Assembly (NCBI GenBank): GCA_964572865.1
Contig: CAZNGN010000001.1
Span: 99,662 to 163,661, forward strand
Direction of reading: 5' to 3'
Length of the DNA: 64,000 nt
From: an uncultured Bacteriovoracaceae bacterium
GTDB lineage: Bacteria > Bdellovibrionota > UBA1018 > UBA923
The notes beneath the pieces were generated by a model. It was not told the origin of the DNA, made no database searches, and saw only the letters and a program-made list of their open reading frames with translations. The position numbers and the translations under genes were made by a program. Positions 19,382 through 28,507 of the stretch are shown here, piece by piece (position 1 is the first letter of the stretch; each line of letters opens with the position of its first letter).

Positions 19382-19995
19382 AACAGGAAGTTTCAAAAAA
19401 TATTTCATTAAATGGATCTGAATTACAATTTACTTCTCAAAATGCAAAAGATTTTGGTTCATTGGTAGATGAAATCTCTCAAGACTTATCTAAAACTTCT
19501 CAAGTCATTACACAAATTCAAATCAACGGACAAATTATAAATGACGAAAATGAAAAAACGTTAAGAGCTTTGCCTGTTGAAAGTATTGATAAAATAGAAA
19601 TCCTAACTTCAACCCCACAAGAGTTGGCGTATGAATCATTGGGCACACTTGATCAGTACCTAGACCGTTTGATGGCAAGCATTGATCGAGCTTCGTTACA
19701 TTATAAAGATAAAAACTTTGTTGCTGGCGATACCTATTTTTTAAAAACAATTGATGGGTTGGATTTGTTTATTCAAACAATCGGTGGCGTAAAATTAGCA
19801 CTTAAAGTGGGATTGAATCAAAAAATCGCATTAGCTGAAGCCGATATGATGAGTACGTTAAATGAAATTGTATTAGCTAAAAAGCAAAATAATTATATCT
19901 ACCTTGCTGAGCTACTAGACAAAGATTTAACTCAATCAATGCAAGAGTGGAAAAATGAAATTATACCATTCTTAAAAACTTGGAAAATGTCGTAA
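19378..19995 (+). CDS. Hypothetical protein (205 aa) translationally coupled to the GT9-like gene
   Basis: ATGA overlap with the upstream stop. No recognisable motif; predicted mixed alpha/beta. Confidence 0.5.
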   Translation: MKQEVSKNISLNGSELQFTSQNAKDFGSLVDEISQDLSKTSQVITQIQINGQIINDENEKTLRALPVESIDKIEILTSTPQELAYESLGTLDQYLDRLMASIDRASLHYKDKNFVAGDTYFLKTIDGLDLFIQTIGGVKLALKVGLNQKIALAEADMMSTLNEIVLAKKQNNYIYLAELLDKDLTQSMQEWKNEIIPFLKTWKMS

Positions 19996-20003
19996 TCTGA
20001 AAA

Positions 20004-21359
20004 TTAATTTTTTCGTTTAGCTCTGAGTTGATCTAATTTTTCTTTGATTTGTTTTTCTAAACCAGAATCTTTCGGTTGATAATAGACCGAGTGTTTAATT
20101 GCATCTGGCAAATTTGTCATGCCTGAAAAACCTTCCGATTGATTATGAGCATATCGATATTCTTTTCCATAACCCAAATTTTTCATTAGTTTGGTTGGCG
20201 CATTCAATATATGCTTTGGAATTTCTAAATTACCACTTGAACGTACTTCTTCGAGTGCGGCATCGATTCCTACATTAGAAGCGTTGCTTTTCGGGGCACT
20301 GGCAAGAAAGGTCACTGCTTGTGCAAGATTGATTCTTGCTTCTGGCATTCCGACAAAATCAACTGCGTCTTTTACATTTAAAGCAATTTGTAAAGCTCTT
20401 GGGTCTGCATTGCCAATATCTTCAGAAGCAAAAATTACCATTCTTCGAGCAATAAATAATGGATCTTCACCTGACTCAAGCATTCTTGCGCAATAATATA
20501 AGGCAGCGTCTGGATCAGAATCGCGCATTGATTTAATAAATGCAGAAATTGTATTGTAATGTTCTTCGCCAGTAGCATCGTAACGCAGAACTTTTGATCC
20601 CAAAGCTTTTAAAAAATTTTCATCTGTATGTTCTTTTTTAGAAAAAGAATGGAAGAAATATACTGCGCGCTCTAATAATGTGAGAGCTTTTCTTGCATCA
20701 CCATTTGCCATTGAAACAATTTGATTAAACCATTCGGGTTTCATTTCAAGTTGAATCGTTTGGGTTAAAGAACCAAGTCCATGCGTGGTGTCGTTCATAG
20801 CTTTTGTGATGATCGACAATATACTTTCATCTGTAAGTGATTTTAAGACATAAACAGGAGCTCTTGATAAAAGAGCTGAGTTCAATTCGAAACTTGGATT
20901 TTCTGTTGTTGCGCCTATTAATGTGATTGTGCCGTTTTCAACATGAGGAAGAAGTGCATCTTGTTGAGATTTATTAAATCTGTGAATTTCATCTACAAAT
21001 ACGATGGTTCTTTTTTTCTCATAGCTCAATTTATCTTTCGCAAATTGAACAGCTTCTTTGATGTCTTTCACTCCAGACATGACGGCTGATAAAGTGATGA
21101 ATTCACGATTCGTGTGTTGAGCAATGATTCGTGCAAGTGTAGTTTTTCCAGTCCCCGGAGGTCCCCAAAGAACAAACGATTGAATTTGATCGTCTTCGAT
21201 TGCTTTTCGTAATGCTGATTTGGGTCCGACTAAATCTTCTTGGCCAAAATACTCGTCTAATCTTGTAGGACGCATTCGTTCTGCAAGTGGTGCAGAAGTA
21301 GGGGCGTCTGACTTGGCTTGATTTTGTTGCTGTGCAAGCGAAAACAAAGTTTCATTCAT
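20004..21359 (-). CDS. rarA: Replication-associated recombination protein A (RarA/MgsA AAA+ ATPase)
   Basis: Walker A GPPGTGKTTLARIIA, Walker B IVFVDEIHRFNKSQQDALLPHVE, and the C-terminal MgsA helical domain. Confidence 0.9.
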   Translation of the reverse strand: MNETLFSLAQQQNQAKSDAPTSAPLAERMRPTRLDEYFGQEDLVGPKSALRKAIEDDQIQSFVLWGPPGTGKTTLARIIAQHTNREFITLSAVMSGVKDIKEAVQFAKDKLSYEKKRTIVFVDEIHRFNKSQQDALLPHVENGTITLIGATTENPSFELNSALLSRAPVYVLKSLTDESILSIITKAMNDTTHGLGSLTQTIQLEMKPEWFNQIVSMANGDARKALTLLERAVYFFHSFSKKEHTDENFLKALGSKVLRYDATGEEHYNTISAFIKSMRDSDPDAALYYCARMLESGEDPLFIARRMVIFASEDIGNADPRALQIALNVKDAVDFVGMPEARINLAQAVTFLASAPKSNASNVGIDAALEEVRSSGNLEIPKHILNAPTKLMKNLGYGKEYRYAHNQSEGFSGMTNLPDAIKHSVYYQPKDSGLEKQIKEKLDQLRAKRKN

Positions 21360-21420
21360 GAGGCTTTTTTAACATATTTTCTAAGTTGACGAACAACGTT
21401 AAACAGACAAAAATAACTCT

Positions 21421-22326
21421 GTGACCAAAAAAAGCACAAAACCAACCGTTTCTAAAATCAAAAAAGTTGGAATCATTATCAAAGCAAATATTCCAGAAGC
21501 CAATACATTGGCTTTAGAAGCTGCTTTATTTTTAAAATCTCAAAAAATTGCAGTATCATTTGCCACTGAATCAAAAGATCTTTGTGCAGTTTTGTCTGGT
21601 ACCAAATGCGAATCTAAAGAAGTCCTTACACAAACTTGCGATTTATTATGTGTATTCGGTGGAGATGGCACTTTTATTAGTATCGGTCGTTACATGATAG
21701 GTAGATCGATTCCCATTTTAGGCTTTAATATGGGACATTTGGGCTTTTTAACAGAATTTAAAAAATCTGAGATGCACGAAGCACTTACCGCTGCCATTCG
21801 CGGAGAACTCGAAGTAAGTGAGAGAAAAATGCTTGAGTGCACTCTTCAGCGTGGAAAAAAAGTAATTGTTAGCACTCCGGTTGTGAATGATGTTGTGATT
21901 TCAAAAGGTGAGATCGCACGTATTTTTGATATCGAAGTAAACGTAGATGGAAAATCAGTTACCAAAATTCGAGGAGACGGTTTGGTGATTGCAACGCCTA
22001 CGGGATCAACTGCTTACTTGCTTGCAGCGGGTGGTCCGATTGTTGAGCCAACAGTTCCTGCAATTGCAATCGCAGCGATTTGCCCCCACTCTGTGACGCT
22101 GCGCCCCTTAGTAATTCATGACAGATCAAAAGTTACATTAATTCCACTATTTAAAGGTGGTAAAGTGATACTAACTCTCGATGGCCAATCGAGTTTTGAC
22201 TTAGAGCTAGGAGATTTGGTACGCGTAACTAGGTACGAAGCGAATTCGCTTTTGATATTAAAATCTCCAAAGCGTGACTATTATTCTTTGCTTCGTGAAA
22301 AACTAAAATACGGATACCGCGACTAA
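21421..22326 (+). CDS. nadK: NAD(+) kinase
   Basis: GGDGTF, NMGHLGFLTE and DGLVIATPTGSTAY motifs. GTG start; the stop overlaps the recN ATG. Confidence 0.85.
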   Translation: MTKKSTKPTVSKIKKVGIIIKANIPEANTLALEAALFLKSQKIAVSFATESKDLCAVLSGTKCESKEVLTQTCDLLCVFGGDGTFISIGRYMIGRSIPILGFNMGHLGFLTEFKKSEMHEALTAAIRGELEVSERKMLECTLQRGKKVIVSTPVVNDVVISKGEIARIFDIEVNVDGKSVTKIRGDGLVIATPTGSTAYLLAAGGPIVEPTVPAIAIAAICPHSVTLRPLVIHDRSKVTLIPLFKGGKVILTLDGQSSFDLELGDLVRVTRYEANSLLILKSPKRDYYSLLREKLKYGYRD

Positions 22327-24008
22327 TGATTAGACTCTTAAGAATTCGCAACTTCGCAATAATAGATCAATGTGAACTTGAATTTAATGACGGCTTCAAT
22401 GCAATCACCGGTGAAACGGGTGCTGGTAAGTCGATCATTTTAGATGCAATTGGATTAATATTAGGCAATCGCTCAAATACAGATGTGATTCGCACTGGCT
22501 CCGATGAAGCGATTGTGGAAGCAGTATTCGACATTGGATCAAATCAAACGATTCATCAAAAGTTAGTACATTTTGGAATCAACCAAGACAAAAATGAATC
22601 TGATTTTGCAGAATTATTAGTTAAAAGAGTGATTCATCGAAATGGAAAAAATAAAATCTTCATTAATGGTGAATTGGTTACACTCTCTCAATTATCAGAA
22701 TTATGCTCAGCTTTGGTTGAGCTTTGTTCACAACATGAACATCAAAGTTTATCTAAACCATCATATCATTTAGATTTAGTAGATAAATATGGCGGATTAT
22801 TAGAAAAACGATCTGAAATTTCTGAACTTTATTCAGCTATCAAATCATTGCAGAACGAACTGCAAATGTTGGATCGAAAAACCGAAAATGGTTTGTCAGA
22901 GATTGATTTTTTAAAATTTCAACAGCAAGAAATTAGCGATTTTGCTCCAAAAGAAAATGAAGAAGAAGAATTATTGGCTGAACGTAGAAAATTAATGAAC
23001 GCAACTCATTTAACTGAATCAGTTAGTGCCGCGCTTTCTTGTTTAGATGGCTCAGAAAACGTAGATGTTGCTACTTTGATTACAAAAGCCATTCAAAAAC
23101 TAACTAAAGCAAGCGAAATGGATTCTTCGCTAACTGTATATTTAGAAAGTTTAGAAAAAGCGTTGGTTGAAGTAAAAGAGTCTGCACTTTCTTTATCTTC
23201 TTACATTCAAGACTGTGAAAATGATCCGGCAAGATTAGAAGAAGTAGAAGTAAGATTAAATGCTTGGTCAAATATGAAACGCAAGTATGGAGCAGGATAC
23301 TCTGAAATTGTTGCTTCATTAGAACGAATTGAAAAAGAAATTTATAATTACGAACACAAGCAAGAACGAATTGATTCATTAAATGAACAAATCAAAAATT
23401 TAACCAAAGAATTTCAATCAAAAGCAAAAGATTTATCAAAAAAACGCAAAAACATTGCAAAAACTCTAGTAAAAACACTAGAAGCTGAACTTGCTGAACT
23501 TTCGATGAATGGTGCTAAATTCATTGCTGATTTTAAAGAAATCGAAATGTCCCATGACGGAATTGATAAGTTAGAATTTTTATTTTCAGCGAATTCTGGC
23601 GAAGATGCAAAACCGATGGCAAAAATCGCATCTGGCGGAGAATTATCTCGAGTATTACTTGCATTAAGAAGAACAATCGCAGATCGCGGTGGAATTAGCG
23701 TATATTTATTCGATGAAATTGATGCAGGAATTGGTGGCCAAACAGCAAGTGTGGTCGGCCGAAAACTCAAATCAGTTTCTCAACACAATCAAGTCATATG
23801 CATCACTCATCTTGCACAAGTTGCTGCTTTTGCTGATCATCACTTTACAGTTTCTAAATCGGTTGAAGGTGGAAGAACCGTAAGTCACATCGATGAGTTA
23901 ACACAAACCCAAAGAGTAGATGAAATTGCAAGAATGCTCGGTGGACTTAAAATTTCAGAAAAAACCAGAGCGCACGCAAAAGAAATTATAAAAGAATCTA
24001 CTATTTAA
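22326..24008 (+). CDS. recN: DNA repair protein RecN
   Basis: N-terminal Walker A ITGETGAGKSIILDAIGL, long coiled coil, C-terminal ABC signature-like SGGELSRVLLAL and D-loop LFDEIDAGIGG. Confidence 0.9.
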   Translation: MIRLLRIRNFAIIDQCELEFNDGFNAITGETGAGKSIILDAIGLILGNRSNTDVIRTGSDEAIVEAVFDIGSNQTIHQKLVHFGINQDKNESDFAELLVKRVIHRNGKNKIFINGELVTLSQLSELCSALVELCSQHEHQSLSKPSYHLDLVDKYGGLLEKRSEISELYSAIKSLQNELQMLDRKTENGLSEIDFLKFQQQEISDFAPKENEEEELLAERRKLMNATHLTESVSAALSCLDGSENVDVATLITKAIQKLTKASEMDSSLTVYLESLEKALVEVKESALSLSSYIQDCENDPARLEEVEVRLNAWSNMKRKYGAGYSEIVASLERIEKEIYNYEHKQERIDSLNEQIKNLTKEFQSKAKDLSKKRKNIAKTLVKTLEAELAELSMNGAKFIADFKEIEMSHDGIDKLEFLFSANSGEDAKPMAKIASGGELSRVLLALRRTIADRGGISVYLFDEIDAGIGGQTASVVGRKLKSVSQHNQVICITHLAQVAAFADHHFTVSKSVEGGRTVSHIDELTQTQRVDEIARMLGGLKISEKTRAHAKEIIKESTI

Positions 24009-24783
24009 TTGCTTTTAAATTTGGTTTATACGGATTAACTAATTCATCCCAAGAATGAGCTGAGAAAAATGGATCTTTCGGATTTAATATAAAATAAGTT
24101 TTATGTTTTCGAGGATAGCCGCAATTAATGTATTGCCCTTCATGATGATCAATTCGAAATTTAATATCATCCATTTGATGAGAATGTCCCATGATTACAA
24201 AGTCAAAACCATGAGTGATTTGCTCACATGCAAAATTGCGAAACATTTGTGCTGTTTCGTCATTTGGTTCAGGATGATAATTGCGTGATGTTTTTGACAT
24301 TACATTTCCAACACGATCAATGAATTTGCCAGGAAGTGCTTCAATTAAACATTGAGTAAAAAAATTATGAGTAAACATTCGAAACGCGTGGTACCCAACA
24401 TCTTTCCAATTGATTTTATCCCCATGAGAAAATAAAAATTTTCGATTATCCCATTCAAAGTGAATTTGATCAGCATATAATTTAACATGTGGAGAATCTT
24501 CAAAAAGGTTTTCTAATTGAAAATCATGGTTTCCCTCAATGTAGTATACGTCAACGTTTTTTGATCCAAGATTTTTTAATTTTAAAATTAATTCGTCGTA
24601 TCTTTCTCTAAATACTTTCTTATTTCCAATGAATAAGTCAAAAAGATCGCCAACAATAAATAATTTATCATTTGATTGAATTTGTTCATCGAGAAAGCGA
24701 AGTAGCGCGCGGTACAAAGGATCTTCGGGCCCCCACAAATGTAAATCACTTAAAACTATAATTCGACCTAGACTTTGAGTCAT
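24001..24783 (-). CDS. lpxH: UDP-2,3-diacylglucosamine diphosphatase LpxH (calcineurin-like metallophosphoesterase)
   Basis: IIVLSDLHLW...FIVGDLFDLFIG...IEGNHDF...GHSH metallophosphatase motifs in LpxH arrangement; ~260 aa. Confidence 0.75.
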   Translation of the reverse strand: MTQSLGRIIVLSDLHLWGPEDPLYRALLRFLDEQIQSNDKLFIVGDLFDLFIGNKKVFRERYDELILKLKNLGSKNVDVYYIEGNHDFQLENLFEDSPHVKLYADQIHFEWDNRKFLFSHGDKINWKDVGYHAFRMFTHNFFTQCLIEALPGKFIDRVGNVMSKTSRNYHPEPNDETAQMFRNFACEQITHGFDFVIMGHSHQMDDIKFRIDHHEGQYINCGYPRKHKTYFILNPKDPFFSAHSWDELVNPYKPNLKAIK

Positions 24784-24802
24784 ATTAACCTAGATTATAA
24801 GA

Positions 24803-25195
24803 TTAGAACTTTTGATCAAGTATTTTTCCACGACCTGAGTCTTCACGATGCGCGCTGTCGCGTAATTTTAAGAACTCTTCAGCACTCATAGATTTAAGCT
24901 GAGAGCCGTTCGCATGAGTTAAATTGATTTTAATTCCATCTTTTGAAGTGATGATTTCTGCATGTAGACCAGATTTGCTAAAACTTGGGTCTTTTTGCAT
25001 ATCGTTGACAGCTTTTTCAACATCTTCTTTTGAAAATTCTTTTTTCTCTTGTTGCTGGTTTTGTTGCTGATATTGATCGCGATTGCCCTCTTTGTCAGGA
25101 CGATCAGATACCGCTGTTACATCAGTTGTATCTTTTCTGTGAACTGGTGTAGCGGTAGAGATGTTAGGTATTAATTTAGTAATTCTAAAGGCCAC
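24803..25195 (-). CDS. Hypothetical 130-aa protein with weak FlaG-like C-terminal resemblance
   Basis: Q-rich middle region. The C-terminal GLHAEIITSKDGIKINLTHANGSQLKSMSAEEFLKLRD loosely fits the FlaG family C-terminus (F.vdeetgr.vvkvvD...IpPEEvLeL). The gene is operonic with lpxH rather than flagellar genes, which argues against FlaG. Confidence 0.3.
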   Translation of the reverse strand: MAFRITKLIPNISTATPVHRKDTTDVTAVSDRPDKEGNRDQYQQQNQQQEKKEFSKEDVEKAVNDMQKDPSFSKSGLHAEIITSKDGIKINLTHANGSQLKSMSAEEFLKLRDSAHREDSGRGKILDQKF

Positions 25196-25237
25196 GATTT
25201 TATCTCCTATTTATCTATCGGCAGATAAAATTAAAAA

Positions 25238-26524
25238 CTATACCAAAAGCGATTTTTGGTAGGCAAAATGTTCTATGTATGAAAATTTCTGTTTTAAATA
25301 GTGAATACATTTTTTTGCTGAGTTACCTATTTTTTCACCAAAATTTACGCGAATATAATTACTCCAGCCACCGACAGCCATAATACCTAATCCAACGGTT
25401 CCGAATTCATGCCCTGAAAGAGTTGCGCAAAGTAGAGAAACTTCAGTAACAGAGACTACAAAGTTCTTTAAATTCGTTCGTCTTTGAATTTTATATTTTT
25501 TCTCAGCTTTTTGATTCGCATCAAGTGAAGTGTCATGATCCACCAGATCTTTTTGTTTTTGGTTGCTTTTAGCAATGCTTAAATCCCATCCAGCTTGCGC
25601 CAAAAATCCTTTAAATGCTGTATGACCAATTTGAGAGATCTCTTGTTGCATTGTTAATGATGGCATTACGGTGCCAGTAAGATAATTTCCGAATCGTACT
25701 CCTAATTTAATAATTGAGGTAAAACCTAATTCCATACCATACCATTTTGTAAATTCCTCTGACTTAGAAATGAAATTATATAAAGCTACTTTCTTTTTAA
25801 GTTTAGTAACTTCTTCTGGAGTTTTATCAGACAAGTATTTTTTGGGAACTTTAACATTTTTGCTCATTTCTTCTAAATCAGCATGTGTAATATTAAATAA
25901 TTTTTTTAATAAAATAGAATCAATTAAGAAATTACCTAATTTAGCGTTATACCATTGAAAAGTACCAGACATTCCTCCTGTTATAATGCCTATCGGAAGT
26001 GCTACTACTAATGGAACTTGCTTTGAAGCTAAAAAGGACCAAGTACAAGCAATGCCATTTAATGTCGAACGTACATAAGTAAGTGTTAGGCGCTCCATAT
26101 GGTCAGACACTTTCCATTTGTTTACTATATTTCGAATGGCAGCTTCTTGGTCAGCAGGAAGAAAAAAGCGCTTTACATCAATCATTCTTCTTTGAAAAAA
26201 TGCCATAATTGATTGCAGTTTTGAACTTGCATTGGGTTCGCGATTACTTTCAAATTCTAATTGAACTGGTGTAATGACTAATTTTTCGTTTTCTTTGATG
26301 TCTTGGTTATATTGATTTTCTAACCAGTTTAAAAATAGTGTAATGTCTTTTTCAGATTCAAGTTCGGCCGTATATATTTCAGCTCGTTGAATCTTTTCTT
26401 CGCCGTCGATTTCTACTACTTCAGGACTCATTTCAATTTTTGAAACTACTAAGTTGTCAATTTCATTTGATTGAGCAAAAGCATGACAATTTACAAGAAG
26501 TAACATGAATACTATCAATTTCAT
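25238..26524 (-). CDS. Hypothetical secreted/membrane protein (428 aa)
   Basis: Signal peptide MKLIVFMLLLVNCHAFAQ. Hydrophobic segments in the C-terminal half (VPLVVALPIGIITGGMSG; VGLGIMAVGGWSNYI). No recognisable catalytic motif. Confidence 0.5.
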   Translation of the reverse strand: MKLIVFMLLLVNCHAFAQSNEIDNLVVSKIEMSPEVVEIDGEEKIQRAEIYTAELESEKDITLFLNWLENQYNQDIKENEKLVITPVQLEFESNREPNASSKLQSIMAFFQRRMIDVKRFFLPADQEAAIRNIVNKWKVSDHMERLTLTYVRSTLNGIACTWSFLASKQVPLVVALPIGIITGGMSGTFQWYNAKLGNFLIDSILLKKLFNITHADLEEMSKNVKVPKKYLSDKTPEEVTKLKKKVALYNFISKSEEFTKWYGMELGFTSIIKLGVRFGNYLTGTVMPSLTMQQEISQIGHTAFKGFLAQAGWDLSIAKSNQKQKDLVDHDTSLDANQKAEKKYKIQRRTNLKNFVVSVTEVSLLCATLSGHEFGTVGLGIMAVGGWSNYIRVNFGEKIGNSAKKCIHYLKQKFSYIEHFAYQKSLLV

Positions 26525-26658
26525 GTAATTATATTCGTCATTTACTTCAAATATTATGAAGGATTAAATATAAAATTTAAAAAACTCAAACAATAGGGAA
26601 TATTTTTCATTGTTTTAAAATGAATATCAGAATAAATAGGTAAAATCTTCCACTTAAA

Positions 26659-28383
26659 TTGCTCAAAATTATAAATGCTTATAATATGGTAATAATGCCA
26701 TTACAAATTATTAAATTTGGAATCCTATTACTATTGTACTTAGGATTCTCGATTGGTTTTAATTCAGTTGGAATTCACCAGTTTTATATAAAAACTAGTT
26801 ACTATATCATTCTATTTTTATTTTTAATTTGGTCATATTATTTTTTTAACCTATTAATAAAAAAAATAATTACTTCTGATATTAAATCAAAAAATATCAT
26901 TTATAGTTTAATTATTTCTGTTTTATTCACAACAGTTGTTTATTTATCAGTGCCTTCACGTTTTAGAGTGTTGAGCGATGAGACAAATTTATTAGGTGTA
27001 GCGCGTTCAATGACTTATGATCATTCTGTATATAACCAAACAATGACAAAACAGTATTATGATAATGTCACCGTTATTGGAAATGAACTTGAAAAGAGAC
27101 CATTATTATTTCCTTTTTTTACACAAATTTTGCATAAAGTATTAGGATACAATGTTCAAAACGCATTTAGATTAAATTATTTAATTTTATTCTTCACTTT
27201 ATTTTCTATATTTTCTTGGTTGTACCAAAGGTTAAGTATCATTGAAGCAATCTCAGCGTGTTTAGCTATTATATCGATTCCAATCGTTACTCAAAATGCA
27301 ACTTCTGCTGGTTTTGATTTATTTGCTTCGAGCATGACCGGATTATCTTTCTATGTTGCGTATTTATATATCAAAGAAAAAAATAATTCGTTTTTAAATT
27401 TGTTAATTTTGCAGTTATTAATGTTAAGTCATGCACGATACGAATCATTTTTAATTGGACTTATTATTCTCGGGTTGTTGCTTGTTTTTAAATACATCCA
27501 ATTTTCAAAGTTAAAGTATAATGTAGAAATATTATTATTGTCGCCAATATTCATTTCGCCTTTGGTTTTTCAAAGAATATTAATGCCAAATAAATATGAA
27601 AACTCTGGCAATGTAGATCCGTTTTCGTTTGAGCATTTTTTACGAAATTTTCAATTATTTATTCAATCTCAATTTAAATTAATATCGATTTTGCCTTATC
27701 CTTTTATATTAAATTGGCTCGGTTTTTTATCTTTATTTATTTTTTCGGTTTTTTATTTTAGAAAACAAATCAACTTTAATGATACCAAACACAGACATAT
27801 TGCTATCATTGTGTTTATTTCAACTGTTGCTCAATTTTTGCTTTATATGTGCTATTATTTTGGTGATTATACTCATCCATCTTCTGCCCGATTTTTTATT
27901 TATATTTCAATTGTACTAACTTTATGCCCATACATATTAAATCTAATCCGTTCCAAAACGGTACCAATTTCACTTTTGGTCGGTAGTTCTTTAGTTAGTT
28001 TTTTTATTTATCATCCTTTAAGTATGGAAGAGAGATTTCCAAATACACAGTTTTTAATACGCGAAACTTATATTATTTATAATTATTTAAACAAAAATGT
28101 GTCTGATAAGAATCAGCTATTAATTTATTCTAGACCAGGCCAATTATCGGTTCATGAATACGGTGCTGTAGATTTCAATTATGCTAATTCGAATAAAGAT
28201 AATTTATTAAATGAACTAGATAGACATTTATTTAAGGATATTTACGTTTTCCAAAGAATTTCATATGAGACCCAACAGCCATTGAAGGATGATCAATTAA
28301 GTGAATCTTACAAATTAACTACACTTGAAGAAAGACAAACTACCGCAACTGAATATTTGAGAATTTCTAAAGTCACAAAATAG
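26659..28383 (+). CDS. GT-C fold integral membrane glycosyltransferase, ArnT/PMT-like (GT83/GT39-type)
   Basis: 574 aa with ~12 predicted TM helices followed by a ~150-aa soluble C-terminal domain. The first extracytoplasmic loop carries LSDETNLLGVARSMTYD, matching the ArnT DExRYAEIsReM motif. The gene is about 24-27% GC versus ~37-40% for its neighbours. Confidence 0.5.
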   Translation: MLKIINAYNMVIMPLQIIKFGILLLLYLGFSIGFNSVGIHQFYIKTSYYIILFLFLIWSYYFFNLLIKKIITSDIKSKNIIYSLIISVLFTTVVYLSVPSRFRVLSDETNLLGVARSMTYDHSVYNQTMTKQYYDNVTVIGNELEKRPLLFPFFTQILHKVLGYNVQNAFRLNYLILFFTLFSIFSWLYQRLSIIEAISACLAIISIPIVTQNATSAGFDLFASSMTGLSFYVAYLYIKEKNNSFLNLLILQLLMLSHARYESFLIGLIILGLLLVFKYIQFSKLKYNVEILLLSPIFISPLVFQRILMPNKYENSGNVDPFSFEHFLRNFQLFIQSQFKLISILPYPFILNWLGFLSLFIFSVFYFRKQINFNDTKHRHIAIIVFISTVAQFLLYMCYYFGDYTHPSSARFFIYISIVLTLCPYILNLIRSKTVPISLLVGSSLVSFFIYHPLSMEERFPNTQFLIRETYIIYNYLNKNVSDKNQLLIYSRPGQLSVHEYGAVDFNYANSNKDNLLNELDRHLFKDIYVFQRISYETQQPLKDDQLSESYKLTTLEERQTTATEYLRISKVTK

Positions 28384-28388
28384 TGTAA

Positions 28389-28416
28389 CCCAGGTCAACA
28401 CGAGAGTTGACCCGGG
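28389..28416. terminator. GC-rich hairpin between the convergent GT-C and flagellin genes, probable terminator for the minus-strand flagellin
   Basis: CCCAGGTCAAC-acgaga-GTTGACCCGGG. On the minus-strand transcript it forms an 11-bp stem with one G-U pair, followed by a moderately U-rich tract. A second weaker hairpin (CCCCTGA...TCAGAGG) lies at ~28434-28462. Confidence 0.4.
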
Positions 28417-28507
28417 CTACGGGCTTAAGAAGAACCCCTGATGTTACGGTTATTCAGAGGCTCCCTTTTACACAGAAGACTTTTTGTTTGAATCAAGTTT
28501 TTGAGAA

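Noticed and set aside
24803-25195. Calling this 130-aa protein FlaG outright
   Set aside because: Only a loose C-terminal resemblance, and it is operonic with lpxH rather than adjacent to fliD; kept as hypothetical with a note.
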